DNA of 64,000 nt, taken from positions 3,616,001 through 3,680,000 of the forward strand of contig OZ245011.1 of assembly GCA_965223665.1 (NCBI GenBank), written 5' to 3'. Under the pieces are notes generated by a model. It was not told the DNA's origin, did not search any database, and saw nothing but the letters and a program-made list of their open reading frames with translations. This DNA comes from Nitrospinaceae bacterium. GTDB lineage: Bacteria; Nitrospinota; Nitrospinia; Nitrospinales; Nitrospinaceae. The position numbers and the translations under genes are program-made. Shown one piece after another: positions 60,347-64,000 of this stretch (the stretch's first letter is position 1; the number at the start of each line of letters is the position of its first letter).

Positions 60347-60720
60347 TCTAATTTTTCAAGAATATTTTGTTCGTCAAGGCTTCCATATTTTCGATAGATA
60401 GCTGCGCACAGGGCTAATCCTACGCCCGTGGTCGCCACGCCGACCACAATAGCAGTCAGCGTCAAGACATGAGGTAATGGATTTGCGTAAGTGGCCGCTT
60501 GCACAGGCTCCGAGGTGGACAAAAGTACAGGAACGGTTGCGCCCTTCTTCGCACTGATAGATACTAGAAAAAAAATCACGCTGGTTTGCACTAAATACAA
60601 CCCGATAAGTTTCTTTACAAGATTGTATCTTGTAACCATTATATAAAATCCCCATAGAAAAAGGATAACGAACGTCAAAAAATTAGGTCGCTGAAGAACG
60701 GCCAAAAATGCATCAACCAT
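60343..60720 (-). CDS. mnhC: Mrp/Mnh subunit C
   Basis: NLVKKLIGL, NPLPHVLTLTAIVVG. Confidence 0.9.
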   Translation of the reverse strand: MVDAFLAVLQRPNFLTFVILFLWGFYIMVTRYNLVKKLIGLYLVQTSVIFFLVSISAKKGATVPVLLSTSEPVQAATYANPLPHVLTLTAIVVGVATTGVGLALCAAIYRKYGSLDEQNILEKLE

Positions 60721-61165
60721 TAATTGAATCCTCAATAATTTCTTCGGCAGATAAGCTGAATACAATAGAAACGGCTGTTACCGCAACGTCTATTGCCACG
60801 CCGACTTGTGTGAGCACAATTCCCAATGATCTTCGAGAAGCAGTTTCAAGGCCTGGGATTTCTAAATTTGCATAATTGAGAAATTCTCCACCACCGATCA
60901 TACATAAGCCTCCCACACCTGCGTAAATCAACATTCCAACTCCATCTCCATGTAAAACACTTTTAGCTATTTGACCCCTGGAGCCATCATGACCAAATAT
61001 CAAAACCGATAAAATCATTCCTGTGCCCAAAATCACCCCACCCACAAATCCACCTCCTGGTCCGAATTGACCGAAAAACAATACATAGATTCCAAAAATT
61101 TGGACCACAGGAATCAGAAAGCGGCCTAGAGTTTGAACAATAATGCTATCGTGTTGGCGTATCAT
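60713..61165 (-). CDS. mnhB: Mrp/Mnh subunit B (MnhB domain)
   Basis: GQFGPGGGFVGG. Confidence 0.85.
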   Translation of the reverse strand: MIRQHDSIIVQTLGRFLIPVVQIFGIYVLFFGQFGPGGGFVGGVILGTGMILSVLIFGHDGSRGQIAKSVLHGDGVGMLIYAGVGGLCMIGGGEFLNYANLEIPGLETASRRSLGIVLTQVGVAIDVAVTAVSIVFSLSAEEIIEDSING

Positions 61166-61683
61166 TATGTTTGCCTCCTGAGAAGTAGAGCGCAAGCAAT
61201 ACCCGCTGCAAAAATCACCACAGTTTCGATCATCGTATCAAGTGATCGATAGTCCATCAGTACTGAAGTCACAACATTCGGAGTGTGAGTATCCTGATAA
61301 CTTTGTTCGAGATAGGTAGGTGAAATATGAACACTCGCTGGAGAATTCGGGTCCCCATAACCTGGAAGATCATTTGCGGCATAGAGTAATAGAAGCCCCA
61401 AAAGAGGAAAAACAATTAAGGTTGTTAAAGAAGGCGGAGGGCGCCGGAGTCGAGTGTCTTTGGGAGCAGTTCCAAATAGAGTCAATAGAAATAGAACGGT
61501 AGCTAATCCCGCTCCAACAACGGCTTCTACGAAGGCGACATCTACAGCTCCCAGCCATCCCCAAACCAGCGCGAGGAAAAAGCTGTAAGAACCCAATAGC
61601 AGAATGGCACTCATTAAATCCTTAACGAGGATGGCACCAGCGGCAGTAGCTAAAAGAAGTAGGAGTAAAGGAATTTCTATCAT
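61165..61683 (-). CDS. DUF4040/MnhB-related subunit (MrpA C-terminal-like fragment)
   Basis: AVDVAFVEAVVGAG; PNVVTSVLMDYRSLDTMIE. Confidence 0.85.
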   Translation of the reverse strand: MIEIPLLLLLLATAAGAILVKDLMSAILLLGSYSFFLALVWGWLGAVDVAFVEAVVGAGLATVLFLLTLFGTAPKDTRLRRPPPSLTTLIVFPLLGLLLLYAANDLPGYGDPNSPASVHISPTYLEQSYQDTHTPNVVTSVLMDYRSLDTMIETVVIFAAGIACALLLRRQT

Positions 61684-61979
61684 GAGGATTCCCTTCGCCA
61701 GGGTTTTAAACCAGATCGGAGGGCTGCGCGCACCGTTGCATGTGCAATGCCAGGATTTAAAATATACAACAATACCAACACTACCAGAATTTTTAGCATA
61801 TTTTTTCCCAGTCCCTCATGCAAAGCAATTCCGATTAACATCAAAAAGGCCCCAATAGAATCTGTTAATGATACGGCGTGGGAGCGACTAAACACATCAG
61901 GTAATCGAATCACACCGATCGCCGCAACAATAAGAAAAAATAAACCTGCAATGATAAAAATAATGGAAAGTATATCCAT
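61680..61979 (-). CDS. mnhG: Mrp/Mnh subunit G
   Basis: IGVIRLPDVFSRSHA, NPGIAHA. Confidence 0.9.
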   Translation of the reverse strand: MDILSIIFIIAGLFFLIVAAIGVIRLPDVFSRSHAVSLTDSIGAFLMLIGIALHEGLGKNMLKILVVLVLLYILNPGIAHATVRAALRSGLKPWRRESS

Positions 61980-61980
61980 G

Positions 61981-62247
61981 CTATGGAAGCCCCTTTTCTT
62001 CCAAATATTTTGCCACGGCCAGCGCTCCTACTAAATTTAACAGAGCATACCCGGTGGAGATATCAATAAACATATCGACTCGATCAAAATAAATACCAAT
62101 AACAATAAGCAGAATAATTGCTTTTGTGGAAATGCCATTGAGACCCAACACACGGTCAAAAATTGTGGGTCCCCGCAGGACACGATAAAGATAGGCGCCA
62201 ATTAGAATAGCCAGCAATATTATTACGTAAAAGAGAAAAGGCTTCAT
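61981..62247 (-). CDS. mnhF: Mrp/Mnh subunit F
   Basis: YRVLRGPTIFDRV. Confidence 0.9.
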   Translation of the reverse strand: MKPFLFYVIILLAILIGAYLYRVLRGPTIFDRVLGLNGISTKAIILLIVIGIYFDRVDMFIDISTGYALLNLVGALAVAKYLEEKGLP

Positions 62248-62750
62248 AAATCTGGCTCTACGTCCTTAAAAATATTTGCAATTTTATTTTCCATCTGTTT
62301 ACTTTCAACATCTTCACTTAATTCTTTATCCATTGCGTGAACGATAAGGTTATTGCCGTCAACTTCGGCAGTTATCGTTCCTGGAGTTAAGGTAATGGAA
62401 TTACCAAATAGAACCACGGCCCCGTGGTGACGCAATTTTGATTCCACAGAAATCAAATGAGGAGCAATTGGAAGTGAAGGATGCAAAATGAGTTTTGACA
62501 AATGCAGGCCGCTTTGTATGATTTTATAAAAAAGCCAAGGTATATAGAGGAGGATTCTAAACCACAAATTAAATTTAGGAACAAAAGGCGAATGACCAGA
62601 ATTGATCCAGGTCACTAAGAAAGAAAAAATAATTCCCAAAAAAAGGTGAATCCATTCAAAACTGGCAGATAATAAAACCCAAAACAAAAACAGTGAAAGG
62701 GTTTTTAAAAACAGGAATTTTGAGGATATTGGTCGAGATCGAATTGCCAT
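62244..62750 (-). CDS. mnhE: Mrp/Mnh subunit E
   Basis: GNSITLTPGTIT...LIVHAM. Confidence 0.9.
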   Translation of the reverse strand: MAIRSRPISSKFLFLKTLSLFLFWVLLSASFEWIHLFLGIIFSFLVTWINSGHSPFVPKFNLWFRILLYIPWLFYKIIQSGLHLSKLILHPSLPIAPHLISVESKLRHHGAVVLFGNSITLTPGTITAEVDGNNLIVHAMDKELSEDVESKQMENKIANIFKDVEPDL

Positions 62751-62871
62751 AATATTACCAGATACAATTTTGATTGAAGAATATCAGTGGTTTTCGATTT
62801 TTCCAAAAAAAACTATTTAAGGACTTAATTTGAAATTTCCAAACGCCAATATGCAATATTTATAATTCTAA

Positions 62872-64000
62872 TTATAAAACATCAACTTTTTCCCAGGTAG
62901 CATTTGGATTGTACCGATGAAACTCAAATTTATGGCAATCCAAAGCTACAAGATTTAACCATTCATTATGAAACAACTGTTGAAGAATCGCATGCTTTTT
63001 AATGATGGATGAGATCACACTTGGTATTTGTTCGATGATGGCTAAAAGTCGCATCGGTTCATGATAGTGTATTTTCCCATTATTAACTGTTTGTAAAGGA
63101 AATCCCATTTGCAAATCACTTTGGGTTCCCAGCATCATCCCAACACCCCCAACGACATTGTGTAACACCTTACTCGCACTGCCAAACTTATAGGGATCGA
63201 CAGCTGAAAAATAATAACCAGTATTTATCCATTCCCCAACAATTAACGGTGCGGTCATAATTTTTTCAAGAATAGCCCCTTCGGGATCAGCAATAGGATC
63301 ATAAGAATGCAAGAAAACTCGACCTCCTAAATCTAACCCTTTAGTCAGTTTTCGTCTTCCAATGAGAAATGCGCCATTGCCCGCTAACCCCCATTCTGGC
63401 CGAGTATTTGCCCAATCGCAACTTCGCTCGTCTACATGAGCAAAGGCCTCCTTTGGAGAAATTTTAGTTGGCGCACTGGGAATGCGTTGACATCTTTCAA
63501 GAGCCTGCTTTGCGCCAGCTTCTTCGAGATCTCTTCTTAAGGCCTGAATATCTTCTTTATGAGAAGCGGGGAATTCCTCTAGATCGTAAAACTCGACTCG
63601 ATCTGTTGTCGTATTATGTTTACCGGGAAGGAACCAGGTGTCGTCGGGAATAGGCAATCCTTTTTCATTGAGAATATGACGAACCTCAGGTTCATTCGCC
63701 ATTGCAGCAAAAACACGAGCATTTGCATCTCCTGGTCTTCCACCGCATGCTCCGCAATCCAAGGCCCCATAATAAGGATTATTATCTGTCTCACTACCGT
63801 GGCCACAGAGGCAAACTAACCGAGCAAAATTTTTAGTAAGCCCCATAGCACGCAAGCCATTTTCGACAAATGTGGCTCGTTCCTCAAGAGAAAAACCCTG
63901 TGAAAGCCCCTCAGGAATCCCTTCGGCATTCACTTCTCCAATTTCCGGGTCTTGTGGATTCGACGGAGTGGAAATTAAGATTTGAGTTGGAACCCTTTGT
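62872..64000 (-). CDS. dabA: DUF2309 / DabA-type inorganic carbon transporter subunit, 5' end outside the window
   Basis: CGHGS...NNPY..ALDCGACGG, HNTTTD, RS.DW..TRPEWGLAGN, FLHSYD, MTAPLIV..WIN..YYFS.VD, HEPMRL; frame stays open to the window end. Confidence 0.9.
   Translation of the reverse strand, partial: QRVPTQILISTPSNPQDPEIGEVNAEGIPEGLSQGFSLEERATFVENGLRAMGLTKNFARLVCLCGHGSETDNNPYYGALDCGACGGRPGDANARVFAAMANEPEVRHILNEKGLPIPDDTWFLPGKHNTTTDRVEFYDLEEFPASHKEDIQALRRDLEEAGAKQALERCQRIPSAPTKISPKEAFAHVDERSCDWANTRPEWGLAGNGAFLIGRRKLTKGLDLGGRVFLHSYDPIADPEGAILEKIMTAPLIVGEWINTGYYFSAVDPYKFGSASKVLHNVVGGVGMMLGTQSDLQMGFPLQTVNNGKIHYHEPMRLLAIIEQIPSVISSIIKKHAILQQLFHNEWLNLVALDCHKFEFHRYNPNATWEKVDVL

Overview
AT-rich bacterial chromosomal segment. 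The gene content suggests, by inference only, a marine Nitrospinota (Nitrospina-like nitrite oxidiser): an EbdC/NxrC-like c-type cytochrome, a DUF1566 expansion, and a DUF2309 + Mrp/Nuo module. From left to right it holds: a TPR gene and a B12/radical-SAM gene; a ~10 kb plus-strand cluster of eight DUF1566 (Lcl-type lectin-fold) genes mixed with NHL, TPR, LRR, glutaredoxin-like, SEC-C and parvulin genes; serA with a class V aminotransferase; subtilase, lhgO, dGTPase, YbjQ/M48 genes; an msrP locus without msrQ; nfu, macro-domain and dut genes preceded by an NrdR-box promoter and an unexplained ~226-nt highly base-paired element; a Gld-like ABC system; four short flagellins with sigma-28 promoters and CsrA-type hairpins; hisAF, rmlC, peroxiredoxin and tRNA-Lys(CTT); and an operon joining DabA (DUF2309) to a full Mrp/Mnh set plus NuoL/NuoM-like subunits. 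The best candidates for novelty are the NrdR-linked structured RNA upstream of dut, the Dab-Mrp hybrid complex with a triplicated 27-aa lateral-helix unit, and the DUF1566 cluster. No integrase, transposase, reverse transcriptase or CRISPR array was seen. All family assignments come from motif recognition by eye, not database searches.
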